A DNA stretch of 64,000 bases, taken from assembly GCA_027623675.1 (NCBI GenBank), contig JAQBVF010000012.1:24350-88349 (forward strand). Direction: 5' to 3'. The DNA is from Chloroflexota bacterium. Lineage in GTDB: Bacteria; Chloroflexota; Dehalococcoidia; Lucifugimonadales; UBA3495. The position numbers were made by a program, and so were the translations under genes. This document shows, piece by piece, positions 29,161 through 38,244 of this stretch. Within the stretch, counting starts at the first letter, position 1. Each line of letters starts with the position of its first letter. The notes under the pieces are model-generated. The model saw nothing but the letters and a program-made list of their open reading frames with translations, had not been told where the DNA came from and did no database searches.

Positions 29161-30117
29161 ATGAGATACGGGTTCACGATACCGGGAAGTGGACCGCTTG
29201 CAGCCCCCGAGTCGATGCGGGCGCTGGTGCGCCGGGGTGAGGACCTGGGCTTCCATACGGTGGTCTGCCCCGACCATATCGTCTTCCCGAAAGATATCTC
29301 GTCGCCCTATCCCTACAATGAACAGGCGGTGCACCCTGGCACCATCGGCGGCGCCTGTCTGGACCAGCTTACGGTGTTGGCGTTCATCGCCGGCCAGACC
29401 ACCACTCTGCGCCTGGGCACCAGCGTCATGATCGTGCCCCACCGCAACCCCATCGTCGCCGCCAAGGCCCTGGCCACCCTGGACGTGCTATCCAACGGCC
29501 GGGTGACGCTGGGCGTGGGGGCCGGCTGGCTGCGGGAGGAGTTCGAGACCCTGGACCTGCCATCTTTCGACGAACGCGGAGCGGTTACCGACGAATATAT
29601 CCGGGCGTTCATCGAGCTTTGGACGTCGGATGATCCATCGTTCGAGGGGAAGTACGTCAATTTCTCCAACATCCATTTCCTACCCAAGCCGGTGCAGAAG
29701 CCCCACATCCCCATCTGGGTTGGCGGAGAGAGTAACCGGGCCATCCGCAGGGCCGCGCGCCTGGGCAACGCCTGGCATCCGCTGGGCACAAATCCCGGCT
29801 TCCCCCTGGGAACGCCTGAATTGCTCAAGGCGTCCATGGACCGGCTGGCGGCGCGCACGGAGCGGGAAGGGCGCGATCCCAAGGATGTGGAGGTGGCGTT
29901 CAGGGTGTCTACCTTCAATATCTCCGACAGGGATACCGGTGTCCCATTCTCGGGTCCCGCCGATAAAGTGGCCGAGGACATCCGCACCTACGAGGCCTTG
30001 GGCGTGACCAACCTGATCTTCGATTTCGGCGGCGTGGCCAGCTCACGAGTGGGCGACCCCAGCGAGATCATCGCCCTGCAAGCGGCGTTGGCTCTACAGG
30101 TCTGGCCCAAGGTTTAA
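29161..30117 (+). CDS. LLM-class F420-dependent oxidoreductase
   Basis: PDHIVFP, HRNPIVAAKALATLDVLSNGRVTLGVGAGWLREEF, PKPVQKPHIPIWVGG. Confidence 0.92.
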   Translation: MRYGFTIPGSGPLAAPESMRALVRRGEDLGFHTVVCPDHIVFPKDISSPYPYNEQAVHPGTIGGACLDQLTVLAFIAGQTTTLRLGTSVMIVPHRNPIVAAKALATLDVLSNGRVTLGVGAGWLREEFETLDLPSFDERGAVTDEYIRAFIELWTSDDPSFEGKYVNFSNIHFLPKPVQKPHIPIWVGGESNRAIRRAARLGNAWHPLGTNPGFPLGTPELLKASMDRLAARTEREGRDPKDVEVAFRVSTFNISDRDTGVPFSGPADKVAEDIRTYEALGVTNLIFDFGGVASSRVGDPSEIIALQAALALQVWPKV

Positions 30118-30538
30118 CCACCGGCGCCCCCCATTGCCTACCATCTCCAAAGGTGGCCACCGGGCGACCTCACGGCCCTCCCAACTGCCGTTCTTGGCCG
30201 TATCCTTCAGTGTCCGTCATACCGATCCACCAATCAGCCTGACTGCACGCCGCCGATATGGCTGCCTTACAAGCATGGATGCGTGATCACCTATATCTGT
30301 GTGTTCCACTTAGGTGTGATCTGCCCTGATTTCCCCCAGACCTATGCTCCAGACCAATGAATGCGATTGTCTTGTTGAACCTCGCGGTGTGTTCGCTTGG
30401 AATAAATGTTCCATCGCTGGTATTCTCGGAATCGTAGGCCTAGGGTCATTGCAGTTTGAGCCCATGATCAGCCGCATGACCTTTGTAAACTTGCTAAAGA
30501 CTCCGATTGAGATTCCGGTCTCAACGGAGATGAAGATA

Positions 30539-33500
30539 ATGACTTCAACCCAATCTGGGTCACAAGAATTAAACACCATCGTTCAGATAACGGAGATTCT
30601 GACGGGACGCCTCCCGTTTCTGGAGAAGTGTGGCTCCGTACTGGCGGTGTTGGCCGATTTCACAGGGTCTGAGTTGGTCACTCTGCGCGAATTGGACGCC
30701 GAAAATGCCACTTTGGAATTGATCGCCTCCCACAACCATCTGGAGCCACCCGCAGGTGCGCGCGCCTCCATTCCGGCGCACGCCTATCTGTCTGCCGAGG
30801 CCATCGAGAATAGGACCGCATTCGCGATCAATGATTATTCCGCCCTTGGAACGGTGACGCCTGGATATCTGGACGGCATCAAATCCGCACTGAGTATTCC
30901 GATCCAGATCGACGGTGAAGTTGTTGGGACTCTGGGATTCGGATCGACGTCCACCGGTCATTACACGAAAGATATCGTCCGGGTGGTGGGGGCCATCGCG
31001 GTAGTGGTTGGGATGATGGTCGCGAAGGCGGAACTCCAAGAAGGGTTTGAGGTGGAGGCCAGTCTGGGGCGCATCGTCAGCGCTCCGTTGGTCGGGCCGG
31101 ATGTTTTTGACCGGTTTGCGAAAGAGGCGGCGAGAATCGTCGATTTCGATCGCTTGACGCTAAACTCCGTCGATATGGCTGAGAACACCTTTGTGACCGA
31201 ATTTATCATCGGGAACCAGATCCTGGGCTTTCCCATCGGAGTACCCCGAGATATCGGTGGCACGGTGATCGAATCGGTGATCCGGTCCAGGGCTGGCCGG
31301 CGAGTTCGATTGGACAGACTGGAGGATCTGGAGTCCAGATACCCACAGGCGATGCCATTCTTGAACGATGGTCAGCCCTACCTAGCCAGTGTTCCGTTGA
31401 TCGTTAGCGACCAGATCATCGGCACCTTGGGATTCGTTCGAGGCTTACGTCCCTTTTCACAGAAGGAATTGGCCAAAACCGAACTCCTGGGTAATCTTAT
31501 CGCCGGTGCGTTTGCCGATTTCAAGGCCCAGGAATTTAGGACGAAAGCTGAAGAGGAGCTTGAGAAGAGTAGGACCATCCTAGAGGCTGAGGCGGCCATG
31601 GGCCGAATCTTGAGTTCGTCGCTGCCGATCAACGATGCTTTTAAGGGGTTCTCCGTGGAGATCATGAAATTGGTGTCCTGCGACCGCCTGGCCATCATGG
31701 GGGTGGACCTTGAGAAGAATCTGTTCGCGGAGGAATTCCTTTACCTTCCCGGCGGCCAAGCCAATGGCCTGAGAAGCGGGCAGAGCCTGGACGGCACCCT
31801 GATCGCCGCGGCGTTGGCGTCCGGCGGGTGCGTGGCCATCAGCGCTGACGATCTGGAATTCAAGGCCCCCAGATTCAGAATACTGCTCCAGTTGTTGGAC
31901 GACGGCCAGACCGAGTTTATGGCTGTGCCGCTGGTGTCTCAGAACCAGACGGTTGGGGCGATGGGATTTACCCGCGCGGGAGATAAGTTCACCCAAGAAG
32001 ACCAAGATCGGGCGGTTAGGATCGGTAACCTGATCTCCGGGCCGCTGGCCAGTCATATCCTGGAACGAGCCCGTACGGAAGCTGAAACCAAGATCGCCAA
32101 GAACGGAGCGGTCCTCGAGGCGGAGGCCGCCATCGGCCGGATCTTGAGCTCCCCATTGGAGGGGGGTGGCGCGTACGAGAAACTGAGCGCCGAGATAGCT
32201 AACATAATCCCTTTGGACCGTGTCGTGGTCGCCGGTATCGACTTGGAGACACAGACATTCAGTAATGAATTAGCCAGATTCCTCAACGACTCGGGGACGC
32301 CAAACTTTAGCCATAATGGACTTTCATATGCCGGATCAATCACTTCTGAGGTGCTTAAACACGGCGTCGGGCAGTTCGTAAATATCGACGATCCCAGACT
32401 GCTGGCCGGGAGCTTGCCCCGTGTCAACGCCGTTTTTGCTCTGGGGTTCAAGGCGATCATGGCGGTCCCGCTGGTTTTCGACGAAAAGATCATCGGCACC
32501 ATGATCCTGCTGTCAAAAGATGAAAGGGGATACACCGCTGAGGATATCGCCACTGGGGACCGGATCGGGAGAATCTTGGCCGGGGCGCTGGCGAGATTCA
32601 CGTTGACGGCCGAAAGAGACCGCTTCCAGATCGCCCTTTCAGAAAGCGAGGCACGGTTCCGCGAGATCGCCAACAGCATCCGGGGGGTCTTTTGGCTCAT
32701 GGAACTGACTCCCCTGAGGATGGTCTACGCCAGTCCGAACTTTGAAGACCTGTGGGACATCCCCATAGACCAGGTTTACGAGGACATGGAGCAGTGGCAC
32801 GCGACGATTCATCCTGAAGACCTGGCAAAGCATAAACGACTGAGAGAACAGGCGTTCGTTTCAGGGGAATTGGACGTCGAGTACCGGGTCATCAAACGCG
32901 ATGGGACGGTGAGATGGATCCGCTGCTTAGCCTTTCCCATCAAGGACGAGGAAGGCAAATTGGTCAGAATCAGCGGCATCTCGGAAGACATCACCGAGAA
33001 GAAGCAGGAGTTGGACAGATTCACCGAGGCTGGCCGCCTGTTGTCCATCGGAGAGTTGGCGTCGGGAGTGGCCCACGAGATCAACAATCCTCTGGCCAGT
33101 ATCAAACTCTATTCGGAAGCGTTGATGGGCCAAGACCTCCCAGACTCGGCGGTTTCAGACCTAAGGATAATCTCCGAACAGGGCAACCGGGCAGCGGCGA
33201 TCGTGCGGAACCTGCTGCAATTTGCCAGAAAATCGTATCAGGAGATCTCCGCTGTTTCTGCCACCCACTTCGTTGAACGCTGCATCGATCTCAAACGCCA
33301 CGATTTTCGGATCAACAACATCTCGATAACCAGCGATGTTGTGCTGCAAAGCCCCGATATCACCGTCGACGAACATCTGATGACCCAGGTACTCCTGAAT
33401 ATCCTGAACAACGCCGAGCAGGCCTGCATGGACGGAAGGGGGAGCGGTTCCATATCGGTGGGGGTGGGTGAGACCAAGAATTTGATCAAGATCAGTGTTA

Positions 33501-34183
33501 CAGACGACGGTCCTGGGATATCCGCGGAAAATCTTCCGAAGATATTCGACCCATTCTTCACGACTAAAGAGGTTGGCTCCGGCACAGGGTTGGGCCTGAG
33601 CGTTTCCCATGGAATCATCGCCCAGTTGGGGGGCAATCTCTGGGCGGAGAGCGACGGCGAGACAGGCGCTACCTTCCACATCGAGATTCCGAAAGCACCG
33701 GCCGGCAAAGCACCGGCCCCCCACGTAGAGGAACCGGCTGCCGTGGGACCGCCCGAGGCGGCTTCAGCGGGAGAAGACCAGGCGGAGAAAGTTGGAACCA
33801 CCGCCCCCCTTCGCGTTCTGATCGTGGACGATGAGCCGGCTATTCGCGAGATAATGTCCAGGGTACTCGGACGACGAGGCCATCAGGTTGACCAGGCAAG
33901 CGACGGCGAAGAAGCGTGGCTCAGGCTGCAGGAAAATAGATTCGATTGCATCCTGCTCGACGTCCGCATGGCCGGGACCGGCGGCCAAGAACTTTTCGAG
34001 CGTATCAATGCTTTGGACCCCAGCCTGGCCAGGAGTGTTATCTTCCTAACGGGAGACCTGGCGCGCGTGCACACTCATTCCTTCTTGGGCTCGTTGGATA
34101 ATCTGGTCATCGAAAAACCCATCACGATCGAAAGTATCGACCTGGCGCTCGCCAAAGTTTCTTCTGGTCTAACCGGGATCTAG
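30539..34183 (+). CDS. Hybrid sensor histidine kinase (multiple GAF, PAS, HisKA, HATPase, REC)
   Basis: Four GAF-like repeats (xPL...GTL-type motifs), PAS (IHPED, DGTVRWI), H-box VAHEINNPL, DDGPG, GTGLGL, C-terminal VDDE...LDVRM...KP. Start placed at MTSTQSG (GGAG upstream). Confidence 0.9.
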   Translation: MTSTQSGSQELNTIVQITEILTGRLPFLEKCGSVLAVLADFTGSELVTLRELDAENATLELIASHNHLEPPAGARASIPAHAYLSAEAIENRTAFAINDYSALGTVTPGYLDGIKSALSIPIQIDGEVVGTLGFGSTSTGHYTKDIVRVVGAIAVVVGMMVAKAELQEGFEVEASLGRIVSAPLVGPDVFDRFAKEAARIVDFDRLTLNSVDMAENTFVTEFIIGNQILGFPIGVPRDIGGTVIESVIRSRAGRRVRLDRLEDLESRYPQAMPFLNDGQPYLASVPLIVSDQIIGTLGFVRGLRPFSQKELAKTELLGNLIAGAFADFKAQEFRTKAEEELEKSRTILEAEAAMGRILSSSLPINDAFKGFSVEIMKLVSCDRLAIMGVDLEKNLFAEEFLYLPGGQANGLRSGQSLDGTLIAAALASGGCVAISADDLEFKAPRFRILLQLLDDGQTEFMAVPLVSQNQTVGAMGFTRAGDKFTQEDQDRAVRIGNLISGPLASHILERARTEAETKIAKNGAVLEAEAAIGRILSSPLEGGGAYEKLSAEIANIIPLDRVVVAGIDLETQTFSNELARFLNDSGTPNFSHNGLSYAGSITSEVLKHGVGQFVNIDDPRLLAGSLPRVNAVFALGFKAIMAVPLVFDEKIIGTMILLSKDERGYTAEDIATGDRIGRILAGALARFTLTAERDRFQIALSESEARFREIANSIRGVFWLMELTPLRMVYASPNFEDLWDIPIDQVYEDMEQWHATIHPEDLAKHKRLREQAFVSGELDVEYRVIKRDGTVRWIRCLAFPIKDEEGKLVRISGISEDITEKKQELDRFTEAGRLLSIGELASGVAHEINNPLASIKLYSEALMGQDLPDSAVSDLRIISEQGNRAAAIVRNLLQFARKSYQEISAVSATHFVERCIDLKRHDFRINNISITSDVVLQSPDITVDEHLMTQVLLNILNNAEQACMDGRGSGSISVGVGETKNLIKISVTDDGPGISAENLPKIFDPFFTTKEVGSGTGLGLSVSHGIIAQLGGNLWAESDGETGATFHIEIPKAPAGKAPAPHVEEPAAVGPPEAASAGEDQAEKVGTTAPLRVLIVDDEPAIREIMSRVLGRRGHQVDQASDGEEAWLRLQENRFDCILLDVRMAGTGGQELFERINALDPSLARSVIFLTGDLARVHTHSFLGSLDNLVIEKPITIESIDLALAKVSSGLTGI

Positions 34184-34295
34184 GCTTGGCCGAGGCCATC
34201 GGGCCACCGTCATTCGCCACCGAAATCCAGCTGCTGGAGGACCGCATCGAGTTTGCCCGGCGCCTGCCGAGGGAGGCGGGCTAGCGGGGCGAACC

Positions 34296-35171
34296 CTATA
34301 GGACCGCTTCCGCCACTTTTTCGATGGCGTCATGGGCCGACTTTTCGTCGGTGGTGTTCAGCATGTGGACCACCCGGTCGGCGCCGGAGTCGGCGAAGCG
34401 TCGGTTCATCTCCCGGTCGGCGGGCGCGTCCCACATGCTGATGTTCAGGACCGACGCGTCCCGGCCCTTGGCGGTCATCAGCTCTTCGATGTGTCGGCGC
34501 GCTCCCGCGAGCTTGTCGGGGTCTTGGTACTGGGATGTGTTGCGGGCCCTGGGCAGCCAGCCGTCGCCGTAGTTGGCGATACGCCGGGCCGCGCTCTCCA
34601 GCTCGCCGCCAACGAACACGGGCGGGTGGGGCTTCTGCACCGGCTTGGGGGCGCAGACCAACGGCGGAAAGTCGATATATTCGCCGTGGTACTCGGTGAT
34701 CTCCGTGGTCCAAAGCTCTTTCATCACTTCGATGTATTCCCTGGTCTGCTTCCAACGGTGGGGGAAATCCACGCCTAATATCTCCGACTCGCCCCTCAGC
34801 CAACCCGCGCCAACCCCAAAGAGGAAACGCCCTCCGGATATCTGGTCCAGCGTTGCCACCTCTTTGGCCAGGCGGATGGGGTTGCGCTCGGGGACCAGGC
34901 AGATGCCCGTGCCCAGCTTGATCTTGCTGGTGACCGTGGCGGCCCCGGCCAGAAATATCAGGGGGTCGATGATCTGGTTGATGCCGCCCTCGGCGTAGAA
35001 CCGGGGGATGCCGCCCTGCCGCCCCTGGGGCGGGTCAACTTTGAAGTCGATGGGCACGATGCCGTGTTCAGGCGCCCAAAGCGATTCAAAGCCCAGTTCT
35101 TCCACCTTGCGGGCCAGGTCTATGGTGTTGAAATCGTGCTGGGTCATTAACAGGGCTATTCCGATATCCAT
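34296..35171 (-). CDS. LLM-class F420-dependent oxidoreductase
   Basis: WAPEH, ERNPIRLAKEVATLDQISGGRFLFGVGAGW, PKPVQKPHPP. Confidence 0.92.
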   Translation of the reverse strand: MDIGIALLMTQHDFNTIDLARKVEELGFESLWAPEHGIVPIDFKVDPPQGRQGGIPRFYAEGGINQIIDPLIFLAGAATVTSKIKLGTGICLVPERNPIRLAKEVATLDQISGGRFLFGVGAGWLRGESEILGVDFPHRWKQTREYIEVMKELWTTEITEYHGEYIDFPPLVCAPKPVQKPHPPVFVGGELESAARRIANYGDGWLPRARNTSQYQDPDKLAGARRHIEELMTAKGRDASVLNISMWDAPADREMNRRFADSGADRVVHMLNTTDEKSAHDAIEKVAEAVL

Positions 35172-35181
35172 GCTTCTCCTT

Positions 35182-35241
35182 GAAATCTTTTACGGGGAAA
35201 TCTTTTACGGGGAAAACTTTTACGGGGAAAACTTTTACGGG
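35182..35241. repeat. Four tandem 15-bp repeats GAAAWCTTTTACGGG
   Basis: Units at 35182, 35197, 35212 and 35227, abutting the RBS of the minus-strand LLM gene. Confidence 0.95.
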
Positions 35242-35383
35242 AACCCGTCTATGGCCTTAAATCCCGGACAGCCGGACAGATAATGGGGCGGATGATTCTG
35301 GGGCAAAGCAAGAGTCCCCCACTGCGTCGTGCAAAGGAGGACTCGTGATATTCGTTTATGGCCCGTATCGAACCCGCCGGGGC

Positions 35384-35608
35384 CTAGGGGAACAGTTGCT
35401 CGCCGGTGTCGCCGTCCGTTACCGTGATCGCCGCCACTGGGCAGTTCTCGGCCGCCTCCAGGATCAGCGCTTCGGTGTCGCCGTCGGGGTCCGCGGGAGT
35501 TGCCTGCCGGTCCGCGTTCAGCTTGAAGGCCTTGGTAGCGATGGTGACGCACATCGCGTTGCCCACGCACACATCGTGGTCGACGGATACCTGAATCTTT
35601 CTGGCCAT
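35384..35608 (-). CDS. Small ferredoxin ([3Fe-4S]/[4Fe-4S] monocluster type)
   Basis: VDHDVCVGNAMC...AAENCPVAAI. Confidence 0.88.
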   Translation of the reverse strand: MARKIQVSVDHDVCVGNAMCVTIATKAFKLNADRQATPADPDGDTEALILEAAENCPVAAITVTDGDTGEQLFP

Positions 35609-35768
35609 GTTGTCCACCCCGCATTTAGAGCGTTGAGATTGGAATCTTCCTGACGCTGCCTGCCTTTATCGCGTTGGTGATTGCGGCTGCATACCAGCCG
35701 AGTTGCCAGGGTGGGCGCATTCTAACAGTGGCCAATTAGGCGGTCAACCGAGTGTACTCGTCCGGGTG

Positions 35769-36611
35769 TCAGGACTTCCTTGGGGAGGCGCCGATGCTGC
35801 GGGCGAACTCGTCAAGTTCCTTGGCCAGTGCGTATACATCCACAGGTTCCCGGCTAGCCAGCAAGGCTTTGGTCCGGGGATCGGTGTAGGTGGCGGTATT
35901 GAAGATATCCTGAAGGTCTCCGGAAAGTAGATCGTTCAGGCCGCCTCCGCCGATCTGCAAGTCTGGGATGGCCTCCACCATGGTCCGCACCAACGGCTCG
36001 GGGGTGGACCGGCCGCGGCGATGGCCGTTGGGCGTGGAGATGCTAGACGCTTCCTGTGGGCGACCGGTGAGCGGAGGTCCAGTCTCAGGTTCGCCATCAT
36101 CCAACGTGACAACCGCTTCAGCGTCCGTGGACTCTTCGCCGCCCTCCGATGCGGCAGGTCGAACCGGGTCTTCTCCCGGCTCATTGGCCTGATCAGCGGG
36201 TGCGGGCTCATTTGGAGCAGCCGAGGGAGTAGGCCGGGCAAAAATCTCCTCGACCAGTTTGGGGTCAACCGCATCCTCGCCGGCCTGGACCATGCGGCCC
36301 GGCGCAACCGGGGTTAGCCCTGGCATCGATTCCAGGTCTGGGCCGGGTGAAGGCGAAACGGCCGGGGCGATGGCCCCCAACGCCCGCAGGGCTTCAGCGG
36401 CGCTGTCGCTGGCCCTGTCGTTCCCCAGGGTTTTCGTGAAAACACGCTTTAGCACCCGGCCGAACGGGTTCAGTACGGGCGCCATAAACATCTCGTACTC
36501 CACCCGGCGAAAACCCGTGATTATCCGGCCCACGGAATAGGTGTCGTTGTTGAACAGGCGAGGGGTTCGCCTGATCACCGTCTTAACGTTTGGTAACAAT
36601 GGCAGTCTCAT
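35769..36611 (-). CDS. Hypothetical protein at the distal end of the archaellum cluster
   Basis: 280-aa ORF co-oriented with arlJ; GGAG RBS; Pro/Glu-rich middle and a helical-looking C-terminus. Confidence 0.65.
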   Translation of the reverse strand: MRLPLLPNVKTVIRRTPRLFNNDTYSVGRIITGFRRVEYEMFMAPVLNPFGRVLKRVFTKTLGNDRASDSAAEALRALGAIAPAVSPSPGPDLESMPGLTPVAPGRMVQAGEDAVDPKLVEEIFARPTPSAAPNEPAPADQANEPGEDPVRPAASEGGEESTDAEAVVTLDDGEPETGPPLTGRPQEASSISTPNGHRRGRSTPEPLVRTMVEAIPDLQIGGGGLNDLLSGDLQDIFNTATYTDPRTKALLASREPVDVYALAKELDEFARSIGASPRKS

Positions 36612-36687
36612 GGTTGATACTCCGGTCTTTCATTTTTGCCGGCTAAGTGCCCTCAGATGGCTCCTAGCTCCTGGTTAGCAGCGGACC

Positions 36688-38244
36688 TTAGATGCAAAAG
36701 ATCTTTCCGGTGACCACCGGCACGGCGGCCAGTACAAAGCCTGAAACCAGGCTCATCAGCGCAAAGTAGGAAACTATCTTCAGGTGGCTTCCCCCTGCCG
36801 CCGCCTTGGGGGCCAGGGAGTTGGCGATGGTCAGGATCACCACCACCACCACGATCATCAACGTCACCAACCCCATGTCCTGGTTGCCGAACAGGTCGAG
36901 CCCGCCGGCCAATTCGCCCTGGGCCGGAAGCGACACACCCGGCGGGATTGCCAGCCCGTCGGGCACTGCGAAATCGGCCGATCCAGCGCCATCGAGCCCC
37001 GCCGAAGCGGAGCTCAACTTGGCGTTGAAGTTGGATATGATCTCCAGCACGAAGACCAAAATGAACGTCATGGTGGCATGCATCGGCAGGGTCAAGAACG
37101 AGAATGTGGATGCCGTGAGCGCCCGCTTGGCCCGCAGCTGCACCATTTTCAGGGCGTATGACGAGCAGATGTTGCCCACCTGGTCTGGCTGCCCGCCCAG
37201 TTCGGCGCCGTCCTCCATCATGTGGGTGGTGCGCTTGACCAACTCGCTGCCGGTCTCGGCCCTGAAGGCTTCCCAGCATTGCTGGGTGGGCAGGCGTGCC
37301 GCCAGTCTGACGTTCAGGCGGTCGATGTGCGGCTCCAGCGAACCCATCGACTTGGTGTCGATCCGCTTCAGGGCTTCGGTTAGGGTCACACCCGAGGCCC
37401 CGGCGATGTTTCCCACGCTGCGGATGAAGGTGGGAAACTCGGTGTCCAGGTTGGACACGCTCCCGTCGTCCTTCCAGGCGTACCAACCGGCGGGCAACAG
37501 TGATACCCCGATGGCCAGGAAGGCGATGGCGCTGCCCATCATCAGTTCGAATTGGGGCGCAATGACCAGAGCCGCGGCGATGCCCACCGGCCCCAGCAAG
37601 GCCAGGAAACGCCGTGCCTTCTTGCGGTTGGGGGTTAACGCCCCGTCGGCATCGTAGGTGATCTGCTCCACGGGTGCGACCTTGTAGATGATGAAGACGC
37701 CCACCCCGGTGATGAAGAAGAGCGCGAAGCCCATAATCACGATGAAATTCTGGCCCAGAGAACCCATCATGGTGGAAACCAGCGACACCACCATGATCAG
37801 CGTCACCGAGATCAGGATGGCCGCGTAGGCGTCGGTCCACTTGCGAAGGTTCTCCACGCTGCGTTCGTATTCGTTGCCGTAACGCTCACCCTCGGTCTGG
37901 GCCTCTTGGATCATGAACTCCCGCTCCGACTCCCCCGATGATATGGAGGCGGCGAAACGAAGCAGCAGGCTCTTGATGCTGGAGGCACGGGCCTTCTCGG
38001 CGGCAAGCTGAAATGCCCGGGTGTATTCCATGCCCACCCGCTTAGCCATCAGGTAGATGAAATCGAAGAACACGGCCGTCTTGAATCTCTGGCAGGCGCA
38101 GTGCTCTAAGACCTGGTCTCTGGGCAGGCTGCCCAGGCTCAGGACCGACATGTAGGTTAGATTCGAGAGGAGGTCGAACCCGACGTCCAGGTTATCGGAA
38201 GAGACCTTGTCTATAGGCTTGAGAGAGGATCCCATGGAGCTCAT
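36688..38244 (-). CDS. flaJ: Archaellum membrane platform protein ArlJ/FlaJ
   Basis: Two T2SS-F-like halves; LLRFAASISSGESE, YERSVENLRKWTDAY, FPTFIRSVG, ETGSELV; follows arlI. Confidence 0.88.
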   Translation of the reverse strand: MSSMGSSLKPIDKVSSDNLDVGFDLLSNLTYMSVLSLGSLPRDQVLEHCACQRFKTAVFFDFIYLMAKRVGMEYTRAFQLAAEKARASSIKSLLLRFAASISSGESEREFMIQEAQTEGERYGNEYERSVENLRKWTDAYAAILISVTLIMVVSLVSTMMGSLGQNFIVIMGFALFFITGVGVFIIYKVAPVEQITYDADGALTPNRKKARRFLALLGPVGIAAALVIAPQFELMMGSAIAFLAIGVSLLPAGWYAWKDDGSVSNLDTEFPTFIRSVGNIAGASGVTLTEALKRIDTKSMGSLEPHIDRLNVRLAARLPTQQCWEAFRAETGSELVKRTTHMMEDGAELGGQPDQVGNICSSYALKMVQLRAKRALTASTFSFLTLPMHATMTFILVFVLEIISNFNAKLSSASAGLDGAGSADFAVPDGLAIPPGVSLPAQGELAGGLDLFGNQDMGLVTLMIVVVVVILTIANSLAPKAAAGGSHLKIVSYFALMSLVSGFVLAAVPVVTGKIFCI

